Assembly (NCBI GenBank): GCA_965218695.1
Contig: OZ244651.1
Coordinates: 1,376,001 to 1,440,000 of the forward strand
DNA length: 64,000 bases
Direction: 5' to 3'
DNA from: Nitrosopumilus sp.
GTDB lineage: Archaea; Thermoproteota; Nitrososphaeria; Nitrososphaerales; Nitrosopumilaceae
Position numbers and translations under genes: made by a program. Below the pieces are notes generated by a model, which was not told the origin of the DNA, ran no database searches, and was given only the letters and a program-made list of their open reading frames with translations. Below are positions 20,098-30,266 of the stretch, one piece after another; the stretch's first letter is position 1, and every line of letters starts with the position of its first letter.

Positions 20098-21498
20098 ATG
20101 GCTACAGAAAATCTTGACATGGATTATTCAAAGTATGATTTTAAGGACTCGACTGAGATGTATGTCCACCTCAGCAAGAAGGGCCTGACCAAGGAGACTG
20201 TAATAGGCATCAGCAAGATGAAGGATGAGCCGCAATGGATGCTTGATTTCAGGCTGCGGTCCTTTGAGATCTTCATGAAGAAGCCGATGCCTACGTGGGG
20301 CGGAAACCTGAGCGTTATTGACTTTCAAAACATCTACTATTACGCAAAGGCATCTGAAAAGACAGAAAAGAGCTGGGATGACGTTCCGGATAATGTCAAG
20401 AGTACGTTTGACAAGCTTGGGATTCCAGAGGCTGAAAAAAAGTTTCTTGCAGGCGTCGGTGCGCAGTACGAGTCGGAGGTAGTGTACCACAATCTGCGAG
20501 AAGACCTCCAAAAGCAGGGAGTCCTCTTTTTAGATACCGACTCTGCCCTGAAGGAGCAGCCTGAGATATTTAAGAAATATTTTGCAAAGGTCATTCCTCC
20601 GGAAGACAACAAGTTTGCGGCACTAAACAGCGCAGTCTGGAGCGGAGGCTCGTTCATCTATGTTCCGCCCGGCGTGAAAGTTGACATGCCCCTGCAGGCG
20701 TACTTTAGAATTAATGCCGAGAACATCGGCCAGTTTGAGCGAACCCTGATAATAGTTGACGAAGGCGCAGAAGTTCACTATATCGAGGGGTGCACGGCCC
20801 CGGTATACTCTTCAGAATCACTCCACTCTGCCGTAGTAGAACTGGTGGCACACAAGGATGCACGTCTGAGATATACCACCATTCAGAACTGGAGCAACGA
20901 TGTCTATAACCTGGTCACAAAGCGTGCGTATGCATACGAGGGGGCAACAGTGGAATGGATCGACGGAAACATCGGAAGCAAGCTTACCATGAAGTATCCC
21001 GGAGTCTATCTCATGGGCGAGAGGGCATACGGCGAGACGCTCTCCATTGCATTTGCCGGCAAGGGACAGCACCAGGATACCGGTGCCAAGATGGTACACC
21101 TTGCGCCAAACACAACCTCCAAGATCACATCCAAGTCTGTCAGCAGAATGGACGGAAGATCCACATACCGGGGGCTCCTCAATGTAGCAAAGGGGGCCAC
21201 AGGCGTAAAGTCCACGGTAAGGTGCGATGCATTGCTGCTAGACGATACCTCCAAGACCGACACGTATCCCTACATGGAGATCAACCAGGAGGATGCCACC
21301 GTCACCCACGAGGCGACGGTCGGAAAGATCGGCGACGAGCAGATATTCTATCTGATGAGCAGGGGGTTCAGCGAGGAGGAGGCGCTGTCACTGATAGTCA
21401 ACGGGTTCATGGAACCGTTCACAAAGGAGCTGCCAATGGAGTACGCAGTAGAGCTAAACAGACTCATAAAACTAGAGATGGACGACTCCGTCGGCTAG
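20098..21498 (+). CDS. sufB: Fe-S cluster assembly protein SufB
   Basis: [24 protein letters not shown]. Confidence 0.97.
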   Translation: MATENLDMDYSKYDFKDSTEMYVHLSKKGLTKETVIGISKMKDEPQWMLDFRLRSFEIFMKKPMPTWGGNLSVIDFQNIYYYAKASEKTEKSWDDVPDNVKSTFDKLGIPEAEKKFLAGVGAQYESEVVYHNLREDLQKQGVLFLDTDSALKEQPEIFKKYFAKVIPPEDNKFAALNSAVWSGGSFIYVPPGVKVDMPLQAYFRINAENIGQFERTLIIVDEGAEVHYIEGCTAPVYSSESLHSAVVELVAHKDARLRYTTIQNWSNDVYNLVTKRAYAYEGATVEWIDGNIGSKLTMKYPGVYLMGERAYGETLSIAFAGKGQHQDTGAKMVHLAPNTTSKITSKSVSRMDGRSTYRGLLNVAKGATGVKSTVRCDALLLDDTSKTDTYPYMEINQEDATVTHEATVGKIGDEQIFYLMSRGFSEEEALSLIVNGFMEPFTKELPMEYAVELNRLIKLEMDDSVG

Positions 21499-21518
21499 TC
21501 TTGGCGTTTTGATCGGCA

Positions 21519-22925
21519 ATGTCCCAAGAAACTCTTTCAAGAATCAATACCAGCCATATTGATGAGATCTCCTCGTCTGGCCATGAGCCCGAGTGGCTCA
21601 ACGACTATAGGAGAAACTCCCTGTCCATCTACAACAGCCTGCCCATCGAGATGTCGCCACTCTACAACAAGTACACCGACGCAAAAAAGATGGATCCGGA
21701 CCAGGTGTTCCTCTCTACGTCCACTGCCGGAACGGTTCCGGGATTCCTTGACAGGCGGCTGAGGGAACTCGAAGACAAGACGTGCATAATTCAGATCGGG
21801 ACAAACATTCACCGGATAAGTATTCCAGAATCCCTAAAGTCCAAGGGGCTGATCGTCTCCTCGATATCAGATGCCATTCAGAACAACCCTGATCTTGTGA
21901 GGACTGCCTTGGACTCTCTAAACTCCGGGGAGGACAAGTTTACAGCACTCAACAACGCAGCATTCAACTCAGGCATGTTCATACACATTCCGCGCAACCT
22001 TGTCCTGGAAGAATCCATCCACCTTTTGGTGTGCCTGTCAGAAGATGGCCGCTCGACAATCTCCCGGAATGTCATCCTCGCAGGCCAGAGCAGCAAGGCC
22101 ACGATAGTCCAGGAGGTCTACTCCCCCAAGTCAGACGCCCGGCAGCAGCAGGCATACCTTGAGACGCTAAACATAACTGCCGGTGAAAACTCACACCTGG
22201 ACTTTACCACCCTGCAGATGATGGATCAGCACTCTGTAAACTTTTCAACACGGCGGACGGACCTTGCAAGGGACGCCACTGTAAACTGGTATTCGGGCCT
22301 CTTCGGCTCCATGCTGTCCAGATACAAGATAGACTACTATCTCAACGGGTCCGGTTCTTCTGCCAACGACTCTGAGGTGATATTTGGCAACCGCGACCAG
22401 TCCTTTGACATTCAGACCAGCGTGAACCATCAGAGTCAGGCAACCGAGGCAAGGGTGGTCGAAAAGTCAATTCTAAGGGACAGATCAAAGTCGCTCTTCA
22501 AGGGGATGATAAGAATCATGGAGAATGCCGCAAAATCAAACTCATTCCTGTCTGGACGATCCATCCTTCTGGACAAGGATGCAAAGTCAGACGCGATTCC
22601 GGGACTTGAGATATTCACAAACGACGTAAAGGCGACACACTCTGCATCCGTTGCACAGATTGACGAGGAGCAGCTCTTCTATCTCAAGACCAGGTGCCTT
22701 AGCCACGAGGAGGCAGAAAGAACCATCGTGGAGGGATTCTTGGAGCCCCTCTCACGAAAGATGTCCTTTCAGGTAAGGGCGTGGATTGCATATCTTATAG
22801 AGTCCAAATGGGAGAACAGGGAGCTTGGCATCAATACAGACGAGGAACTTGCAAAATTCGTAGAGATCGAGGAGACGCGCTACAACGAGGATGCAGAAGT
22901 TGAGCAGCACTACAAGTACCGGTGA
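21519..22925 (+). CDS. sufD: Fe-S cluster assembly protein SufD
   Basis: PGLEIFTNDVKATHSASV, QLFYLKTR. Confidence 0.93.
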   Translation: MSQETLSRINTSHIDEISSSGHEPEWLNDYRRNSLSIYNSLPIEMSPLYNKYTDAKKMDPDQVFLSTSTAGTVPGFLDRRLRELEDKTCIIQIGTNIHRISIPESLKSKGLIVSSISDAIQNNPDLVRTALDSLNSGEDKFTALNNAAFNSGMFIHIPRNLVLEESIHLLVCLSEDGRSTISRNVILAGQSSKATIVQEVYSPKSDARQQQAYLETLNITAGENSHLDFTTLQMMDQHSVNFSTRRTDLARDATVNWYSGLFGSMLSRYKIDYYLNGSGSSANDSEVIFGNRDQSFDIQTSVNHQSQATEARVVEKSILRDRSKSLFKGMIRIMENAAKSNSFLSGRSILLDKDAKSDAIPGLEIFTNDVKATHSASVAQIDEEQLFYLKTRCLSHEEAERTIVEGFLEPLSRKMSFQVRAWIAYLIESKWENRELGINTDEELAKFVEIEETRYNEDAEVEQHYKYR

Positions 22926-23239
22926 TTCATGTGGCAGAATGGATTAGAGCCTGCGGCATCAAGGATGTTCCTGAGGGCCAGCTCTTCGGGTTTGTGCACG
23001 GTGAGAAGAGAATACTGCTTGCCAATGTGCGGGGGAGCATACATGCAACCGACCTTGTATGCACGCATGCAGATGCGGATCTCTCGACGGGCTTTCTTAG
23101 CGATGAGGGGGTGCGGTGCCCGCTGCACCTTTCCGTGTTTAATCTGGATACCGGGGAGCCGCAGAACCCGCCTGCAGAGGACTCCCTCAGGGTGTACAAT
23201 GTTAAAATAGACGGCGACTCGATTTACGTGGAGGTTTGA
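22922..23239 (+). CDS. Rieske-type ferredoxin
   Basis: CTH...CPLH Rieske ligands. Confidence 0.92.
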   Translation: MIHVAEWIRACGIKDVPEGQLFGFVHGEKRILLANVRGSIHATDLVCTHADADLSTGFLSDEGVRCPLHLSVFNLDTGEPQNPPAEDSLRVYNVKIDGDSIYVEV

Positions 23240-23240
23240 G

Positions 23241-24482
23241 ATGCAGAGGACACAGTTGTTTGAGAATTTGAGAAAGGACTTTCCAATACTGCAGCGCACC
23301 GTCAGGGAGGACAAACCCCTTGTCTATCTGGACAATGCATCCACCACGCAGAAGCCCAGACAGGTCATTGATGCCATAACTGACTACTACCAAAACTACA
23401 ACGCAAACATTCATCGTGCCGTATATGCTCTGGCCGAGGAGGCGACCCAGGCATACGAGGCGGCCCGGGACAAGGTGGCAGACTTTGTCAACGTCAAAAA
23501 CCGGGAGGAGATCATCTTTGTCCGTGGTACCACCGAGGCCATCAATCTGGTTGCGTATGCATGGGGCAGGAGCCATGTGGGCAAGGGGGACGTGATTGTC
23601 ACCACCGAGTACGAGCACCACAGCAACATCGTCCCCTGGCAGCTTCTTGCACAGGAGAAGGGAGCAAGGCTGGAGTATATCCGGATGGATGATAACGGGG
23701 AACTGATCCTTGATGATCTTGACCGGTATCTTGCCACCGGAAGGGTCAAGATTGTAGCGTTTAGCCTGATGTCCAACGTACTTGGAACAATAACTGATGC
23801 ACAGAGAATAATCAAGAGGTGCCAAGAGTCCAACGTCCTGACGCTGGTAGACGGAGCACAGGCAGTACCGCACATGCCAGTAGACTTGCAGAAGATCGGA
23901 TGCGACTTCTTCGCCTTCTCCGGCCACAAGATGCTCGGACCCACCGGAATCGGGGCGCTGTGGGTCAGAAAATCCGTTCTGGAGACCATGAGTCCGTTCC
24001 ATGGAGGGGGGGACATGATACGCGAGGTACACAAGTACGAGACCACCTGGAACGATCTCCCATACAAGTTCGAGGCAGGCACCCCAAACATCGCCGACGT
24101 CGTAGGGCTTGGGGCCGCAATCGACTATCTTACCGGAGTGGGAATGGCAAATGTGAGAAGACACGAAGTCGAGCTTACCGGATACGCACTGGAGAGGCTC
24201 TCGGAGGTGAAGGGACTCCACATCTATGGCACCATGGACGTATCAAAGCGCGGAGGCGTCATCTCGTTTAACTTTGCCGATGTGCATCCGCACGATGTGG
24301 CCCAGATAATGGACTCAGAGGGAATCGCAATCCGTTCCGGACACCACTGCGCCCAGGTGCTCATGGAGAGGATGAATGTTGCAGCAACATCCCGTGCCAG
24401 CTTTTACATATACAACACCAGGGAGGACGTTGATGCCCTGGTAAGGTCGTTAAACACTGTAGCGAGGCTCTTCAAGCTATGA
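23241..24482 (+). CDS. sufS: Cysteine desulfurase SufS
   Basis: YLDNASTTQKP, SGHKM, RSGHHCA. Confidence 0.96.
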   Translation: MQRTQLFENLRKDFPILQRTVREDKPLVYLDNASTTQKPRQVIDAITDYYQNYNANIHRAVYALAEEATQAYEAARDKVADFVNVKNREEIIFVRGTTEAINLVAYAWGRSHVGKGDVIVTTEYEHHSNIVPWQLLAQEKGARLEYIRMDDNGELILDDLDRYLATGRVKIVAFSLMSNVLGTITDAQRIIKRCQESNVLTLVDGAQAVPHMPVDLQKIGCDFFAFSGHKMLGPTGIGALWVRKSVLETMSPFHGGGDMIREVHKYETTWNDLPYKFEAGTPNIADVVGLGAAIDYLTGVGMANVRRHEVELTGYALERLSEVKGLHIYGTMDVSKRGGVISFNFADVHPHDVAQIMDSEGIAIRSGHHCAQVLMERMNVAATSRASFYIYNTREDVDALVRSLNTVARLFKL

Positions 24483-24913
24483 GCAGCAACGCTGACATAT
24501 ACCACGAGATGATAATCGACTACTCTAGGAACCCTGTAAACTATGGCAAGATGGAGGATCCTGATGTCACCTTTCACGACTCAAACCCGCTGTGCGGCGA
24601 CAGCATCGACATCGACATGAAGATCGACGGCCAGACCGTATCTGATATCAAATTCCACGGAAAGGGGTGTGCTATATGTATGGCCTGCTCATCTGTACTC
24701 ACCGAGATAACAAAAGGCAAGAGCATTGAGGATGTGCGAAAGATCGACAAGAACGACGTGTTGGGGGAGCTTGGGCTTGAACACCTACAGGCCGTGCGGA
24801 TAAAATGCGCCCTGCTCTCACTCAAAGTGCTCAAGTCTGCTCTCTACACGTATCTTGTGGAGCATGTCCGGGACGCAGACGGGCTCAAGGAAGAGGCCGC
24901 CAACCTGTACTGA
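24479..24913 (+). CDS. sufU: SufU/IscU scaffold
   Basis: NPLCGD, GCAI, RIKCALL. Confidence 0.92.
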   Translation: MSSNADIYHEMIIDYSRNPVNYGKMEDPDVTFHDSNPLCGDSIDIDMKIDGQTVSDIKFHGKGCAICMACSSVLTEITKGKSIEDVRKIDKNDVLGELGLEHLQAVRIKCALLSLKVLKSALYTYLVEHVRDADGLKEEAANLY

Positions 24914-24914
24914 T

Positions 24915-25262
24915 ATGAGCGGATTTACCCCCTCAACTCCCATCCCACTGCAGATAAGGAAGATAATCTTTGAGCGGTTCAACGACGTTGAGGCCCGGTT
25001 TACCAACGACGAGATCTTTGAGATACTTGTAAAGAATGGCGATATGGATCCGTCATGGGTGATCGATGACGTGGAGCACATGTTTAATGACATGTGCGAC
25101 TCCGGACTTGCCAGAAACATTGCGCAGAACTTTACGACCATCTGGCTGAAACTCTTTGATCCCGTCGAGGGCGTCCACTGCAACTCCTGCAACCTTGATG
25201 TCCATATGGGCGGCTCCGAGGACAGGACATGCCCAAATCCGGACTGCGGGGCACCTATTTAG
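24915..25262 (+). CDS. Conserved hypothetical protein with C-terminal Zn ribbon
   Basis: ATG right after the sufU stop; CNSC...CPNPDC. Confidence 0.75.
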   Translation: MSGFTPSTPIPLQIRKIIFERFNDVEARFTNDEIFEILVKNGDMDPSWVIDDVEHMFNDMCDSGLARNIAQNFTTIWLKLFDPVEGVHCNSCNLDVHMGGSEDRTCPNPDCGAPI

Positions 25263-26463
25263 ACCTGTATCTAGTGGCCGCATCCTCAAGCGCCCTGATC
25301 ATTGGCAGCTTTTTTCCCGTAAGGTAGAGCACCAGCGCCCCGCCTGCGGTACTCGTGTGGTTGATCTTGTCGGCCAGCCCGTACCGCTTTAGCGCGGTGG
25401 TCAGGTGTCCTCCGCTGACGATGGTTGTAGCCATCGAGTTTGCAACCGCGCTGAGCAGTGCCTTTGTGCCGTAACTGAATCTCTCCTTTTCAAAGAATCC
25501 TGCCGGCCCGCTGATAAACACGGTTCCCGCGCCTGCAATCAATCTTGAATAATACTCCACAGTCTTTGGACCAAGATCATATATCTTGTCATCCCTGCTC
25601 ATCTCCCTGACATCCATCTCCATCCTGTCGCCGTCCTTGTCCACTGCGATATCCACCGGGGTCACAAACACGTCCGGATACTCGCCAATCAGGGCATGCG
25701 CCTTTGCGACAACCTCGTCTTCCCTTCTGATTCCAAGCGGTGACTTGATTCTTGCCTGCGCGCGCATGAAGACGTTCCCTATGAGTCCTGTCAGCAGGAT
25801 GTAGTCTGCCCGGCCGTTCTGAATCAGCATCTTGATTGCCTCGAGCCTGTCCATCACCTTGGAACCGCCAAGAACAACCACGTGCGGCGCCTTGGCCACA
25901 GTCATTATCTCGTCGAGGTTTCTGACCTCTTTTTCGACTATCCTTCCTGCACATGCAGGCAGAACCTGCGGAAATCCCACGATCGACGGATGGGAGCGGT
26001 GCGCGCTGGGAAATGAATCCAGTATGCAGAGATCAAAGAGCTTGGAGAGCCTGGAGACCATGATTGTCTTGGCCGCATTCTTCGGCACAAACTCGTAATT
26101 TTCCTCAGCACACAGTCTGAGGTTGTCCAAAAACAGGATGTCGCCGTCCTGCATGTTCTTTATGGCACATTGCGCAGCCTGGCCAATCACGTCCTCTACA
26201 TATTCTATCTTCCTGCCCATCATCTCTTCTAGAACCTTTGCATGCATGGCCATTCCGCAGTAGTCCTTGTTTCCAACCCTGCCCTGGTGCGATGCGATGA
26301 CCACCTTGGAGTCCTTGAGCGACTTGATAGTCTCTATGGTCTCCTCGATTCTTTTGGTGCCCAAAATCTCCATCGTCGTGGGATCGATTGGGCAGTTCAT
26401 ATCCACTCTCAGAAAGACGGTCTTGGATTTTAGGTCAAAGTCGTCCAGCGTGAGAACCTTCAC
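25255..26463 (-). CDS. pgk: Phosphoglycerate kinase
   Basis: RVDMNCP, SHQGR, LGGSKV, STAGGA. Confidence 0.96.
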   Translation of the reverse strand: MKVLTLDDFDLKSKTVFLRVDMNCPIDPTTMEILGTKRIEETIETIKSLKDSKVVIASHQGRVGNKDYCGMAMHAKVLEEMMGRKIEYVEDVIGQAAQCAIKNMQDGDILFLDNLRLCAEENYEFVPKNAAKTIMVSRLSKLFDLCILDSFPSAHRSHPSIVGFPQVLPACAGRIVEKEVRNLDEIMTVAKAPHVVVLGGSKVMDRLEAIKMLIQNGRADYILLTGLIGNVFMRAQARIKSPLGIRREDEVVAKAHALIGEYPDVFVTPVDIAVDKDGDRMEMDVREMSRDDKIYDLGPKTVEYYSRLIAGAGTVFISGPAGFFEKERFSYGTKALLSAVANSMATTIVSGGHLTTALKRYGLADKINHTSTAGGALVLYLTGKKLPMIRALEDAATRYRSK

Positions 26464-26510
26464 AGCGATCGTACTATTTACTCGGATAAATTCGTTGAGC
26501 CGTCCCCAGC

Positions 26511-28055
26511 GTATGAATTCACCTGCCCCTTATATCAGTCGACCAACTTCTTCGGCCACGCTCTTGCCATGTGCCCTCCACGTGAGGACGCACGTGACAA
26601 AATCTGCAAGGCGCTTCATGGCCTTGGAGCCGCCCTTGGTCTGCCCGCTTATCTTGCGGAACACCACCAGGTAGCGCAGCGCCCTCTCGCTGGCGTTGTT
26701 TGTAGGCTCGACGCCGGGATGCTCCAGGAACGCAAACATGCGGTGCAGGTGCCTCTCGAGCTTGTCCAGCACCTTTTGCATGTCGTCATCGTTACCACCA
26801 CCACCGGCATCGCGGTACCGGTCAAGCACGTCCTGCATGGTGCGGTTCATCGTATGCCGCAGCTGTGGCGAGCGCGCCTCCTGCGCGGCCAGCAGTTTTG
26901 CCCTCTCAAACACCCACTTGTGGTCCTCGTGGAGCTGCTGCCGCCGCCGCCGGACACGTTTGGTCTCGGGAGGCACGGCGCAGTATTTTTCTGCCAGGTG
27001 CCTTGTCTGCCGGAGGTCGTGCGCCCAGCACGACTGGTGCATGCCGTCCTTGTCAAACCTGTCATATCCGGTGTACCCGTCAGTTATCGCCACCCCGTCA
27101 AATTTGTCCATGGCATCGAGCATGAGCGTGGCCCTGCTCTGGCTGATGTTTATTGCGATGTTTTTGCCCGACTGTGCCACGTTTGCGTGTACCTTCTGGC
27201 CGTCGTTTCGCCAGCTGGTTTCGTCAAACCCGGCACAGTCAGAAGCCTCCACTTCCCCGAGGATCCTGCCTGCCTCGTGGCCCGAGGCGTCCCCGACGCG
27301 TGCCATGATGTTGTTGACGGTGGATCCTGCAAGCATAATGCCCGTTATGGAGCGCACCGCGACCGAGATTCCCTTGAGCGGCACCCGTGCCGCGCGCAGT
27401 TCTGAGACGAGTCCGACCATGCCCTTGCCGAAGTTGCCCCGCCGCGGCAGGTCGTTTGGAGCATCTTCCCTGCGGCCGCATGAGCCGCATACTGCAGTCT
27501 CCACGCGGTGCCGCGTCTCGCACGCAGTCACCCTGATGTCCGTGATGTCCCGCACGCGCGGACTGCCAATCGCCATCCGGCCGCCGCCGCCGCCGCACCC
27601 GCATTCCGGGAGCACCGGCACCCGCCTCCTGCCCGACTTCCTGCGCCCGAACCTGTGGGATACGGTCCTTTCCGGGTCGTGGGGGCGCGACGCCCCCGCG
27701 TGTCCCTTTCTTCCCCCGCGCTTGGATTTGCCCTCCTTTTCCTGTTTTTTTGCCCGCTCCCTCTTCTGGGCCTTCCATTCCAGGGATTCAGATGAGGGCG
27801 GCGTGTTGGGGTTTGTATAGTATGTCATGAGGCGTTCGCTGTACCCCAAGGCCCTTTCAAGACGTTCTATCCTGCCAAGTGCCTTCTCAAGATCGGATTT
27901 GAGGGTGGCAATCTCCCGGTTCCGTGCTAGGAGTTCCTCTTTTAGCTGGTCCCTGCTCATGTGCCGTGAATTTACCATGTAAAGTGATGTGTATTGCCAG
28001 CATATGGATCAGTATGATCATTTTTTTGTGACAGGAAGGACAGGTGAATTCATAC
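26511..28055 (-). mobile_element. IS66-family element type A, copy 2
   Basis: Same IRs and protein as copy 1; different 8-bp TSD TCCCCAGC (26503-10 / 28056-63). Confidence 0.93.
26530..27978 (-). CDS. IS66 family transposase (type A, identical protein to 13844-15292)
   Basis: Identical translation in the ORF track. Confidence 0.93.
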   Translation of the reverse strand: MVNSRHMSRDQLKEELLARNREIATLKSDLEKALGRIERLERALGYSERLMTYYTNPNTPPSSESLEWKAQKRERAKKQEKEGKSKRGGRKGHAGASRPHDPERTVSHRFGRRKSGRRRVPVLPECGCGGGGGRMAIGSPRVRDITDIRVTACETRHRVETAVCGSCGRREDAPNDLPRRGNFGKGMVGLVSELRAARVPLKGISVAVRSITGIMLAGSTVNNIMARVGDASGHEAGRILGEVEASDCAGFDETSWRNDGQKVHANVAQSGKNIAINISQSRATLMLDAMDKFDGVAITDGYTGYDRFDKDGMHQSCWAHDLRQTRHLAEKYCAVPPETKRVRRRRQQLHEDHKWVFERAKLLAAQEARSPQLRHTMNRTMQDVLDRYRDAGGGGNDDDMQKVLDKLERHLHRMFAFLEHPGVEPTNNASERALRYLVVFRKISGQTKGGSKAMKRLADFVTCVLTWRAHGKSVAEEVGRLI

Positions 28056-28059
28056 TCCC

Positions 28060-29306
28060 CAGCTAAGCGAAATGTGCTTTGATCTAGGCAAAATCTGACA
28101 AGAATGCAAGCAGATCAATAAGGGTACGGCCCTATGGTTTTTGTTGTCTAGACAAAAAACCAAGCAGGGCCGCGATCTACTGAACAATCCAAGAATATAT
28201 CAAGATGTCGCAAGCGGCATGAAAAACATGCTTGCCTGCGCCAACACGTCAAACAGGTACAATGCGGTATTTGGAACAGACGATCTAAATCACGGCATGC
28301 TGAGGGGAGCCACCATGGATTCGTCCGTAGGCGGGTGCGCAAACGCGGTAAAGCGCACGCACTGCGACGCTCCCTCCGACAGGTGGCATGCATCGGCAAT
28401 CAAGGGGATGGAGCAGGGCACGGTTCAGCGCGCATTCGAAGAAATGGTGGCAGTGCAACTTGACACATTCAAAAAACTGGGCAAATTCCCAAAAGAAGGA
28501 CTGGACATCGCAATCGACATGCACCTCATACCGCGTTATGACCGGGCACCCGGAGGGGAGCTGACCCGTTCCAAATACAAAAACGGAACCACGTATTTTG
28601 AGCGTTACATGACAGCCCAGTGCGTAAACGACAAGATGCGCATGGTCCTTGCAGCATCATACCTCAAAAGGCTCGAATTCGTGCCTGATTACGTGGATGC
28701 AGTCCTCAAGACCATGGCAGGGATGGGCATCAGGATCCGCCTGGCGCTGCTTGACCGGGAATTCTTCTCAGTCGACACGATAAGCAGGCTGCGGGCAAAC
28801 GGCGTAAGGTACCTGATGCCGTGCAGGAACACGCCCAACGTGGTGGAAGCCCTGCAGGATTTTGCACAAGGAAAGAGGGAAAGGATCTCAACAAACGTGA
28901 TTGAGAACAACCAGGGCTCCGTCGAATATTCCATGATAATAACTGAAAGAAAAAACGCCAAAGACCCTGATGTCCCGGAAGAGAAATACATCGGGTTTGC
29001 AACAAACCACCCCACAATCAAGACGGAGGCTTATGCCAAAAGATGGGGAATAGAGACCGGGTACGGTAAAATCGAGGAGTGCAGGGCCAAGACGCGGATT
29101 TCGGACATGGAATCGCGGATGTTGTGTTTTTACTATTCCCTAACATTGTACAATGAATGGATAATCGTCAGGGCAATGCTTTCTGACGGTACCGAAAGGC
29201 AGAGTGTCATGACCATGCTCACGTTCAAGGTGCAGTTGGAATCACTCCTCATACGCCAGTCCAAACCGCCTACCTGATCTCAGATGAGGCACTTTTCGCT
29301 TAGCTG
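28060..29306 (+). mobile_element. ISH3-family element type A, copy 2 (intact ORF, no matching TSD)
   Basis: Same IRs as 15379-18358; flanks GTCCC vs ACATT do not match. Confidence 0.9.
28141..29277 (+). CDS. ISH3 family transposase (type A)
   Basis: IAIDMHLIPRY, LLDREFF, RWGIETGY DDE motifs. Confidence 0.9.
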   Translation: MLSRQKTKQGRDLLNNPRIYQDVASGMKNMLACANTSNRYNAVFGTDDLNHGMLRGATMDSSVGGCANAVKRTHCDAPSDRWHASAIKGMEQGTVQRAFEEMVAVQLDTFKKLGKFPKEGLDIAIDMHLIPRYDRAPGGELTRSKYKNGTTYFERYMTAQCVNDKMRMVLAASYLKRLEFVPDYVDAVLKTMAGMGIRIRLALLDREFFSVDTISRLRANGVRYLMPCRNTPNVVEALQDFAQGKRERISTNVIENNQGSVEYSMIITERKNAKDPDVPEEKYIGFATNHPTIKTEAYAKRWGIETGYGKIEECRAKTRISDMESRMLCFYYSLTLYNEWIIVRAMLSDGTERQSVMTMLTFKVQLESLLIRQSKPPT

Positions 29307-29896
29307 ACATTGGAAACCATGGTGTCGTCATCTACAATCATATTCATTGTATAAATGCCCCCAAAGGAGGCAAATTCCGCATCAGATACTTTTTCGTCCA
29401 GCCAAAGGTTTGCTATGATTTTGTAGCCAATAATGACAATGCTGTTTTCTGGTTTTGCATCAATTGTTACGCCAAAAAGGTTTTGGATACGATCTGCAAA
29501 ATGGAATATTCCGGTAATATACGACACGTTGAATCCGGTGTTGTATTCACCGTTATCAGATGTCAGGCCCAGCAGGGTAATTTTGTCAGGATGTGGCACG
29601 TACGCGTCAGAATATGGCAGATCGTAAGAACTCACAAGTATGGTGCCGGTCAGTTCGCCATAATAGATTTCTATGATCTCGACTGTCGTAACATATTTGG
29701 TGGGACAATATTGGCTGCAATCACCTACGGATGTCTGCTGCTGGTCCGTTGTTCTGCCCAGAATTATTGTTTCCACATCAGGAGTACTAAACGGCGGAAA
29801 AATTCTCGCATCTGCACTGTTGGTCGTTGAAAGTGAAAGTGACAGAATTGTCAAAAAAGCTACTGCAAAAACCTCTGGATATTTCATCTTATTCAT
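29300..29896 (-). pseudogene. Secreted protein, 3'-truncated by ISH3-A copy 2
   Basis: Signal-peptide-like MNKMKYPEVFAVAFLTILSLSL...SADA; its stop codon lies inside the IS right IR; lower GC. Confidence 0.6.
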
Positions 29897-29903
29897 GGCA
29901 CAT

Positions 29904-29952
29904 GGTGTTGCCCGCATCTTCCTCAAAAAAGTAGTGCTACGCTTAAAGATCA
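29904..29952 (+). mobile_element. Orphan IS5-type end related to the 5' end of the element at 46447-47683
   Basis: GGTGTTGCCCGCATCTTCCTCAAAAAAGTAGTGCTACGCTTAAAGATCA closely matches the reverse complement of ~47635-47682. Confidence 0.6.
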
Positions 29953-30266
29953 CGTGAAACTGGGCCAAAAACACGGTGTCACTACAAACGTGGTGTTCTT
30001 TAAGGACGTCCTCCGTGCGTACGGGCAAAACGCATGCAGGTCTGAACCACTGGAGAACTGGATTCTTGACAACCAGCACAAGGAACTGGAACCGCCGCAC
30101 GAAGACTAGTGGTTAGATTACATTCAGATCATAAAGTGAACTTGGGGGAAAGGAGTATTCCTGGACGTCTGCGCGGCAAGCCGTAGAACTGCAATGATTG
30201 AAAATGTTCTGATTTTACGCATATTTACGCCTGGGTTTGAGGAAGGCCTGGGTGCATGCTCGATGT

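Noticed and set aside
20098-24913. suf operon lacking sufC as a novelty
   Set aside because: sufC can be encoded elsewhere; this cannot be judged from one window.
13825-29306. IS66-A + ISH3-A as one duplicated composite unit or an assembly duplication
   Set aside because: TSDs and junction spacing differ between the two pairs.
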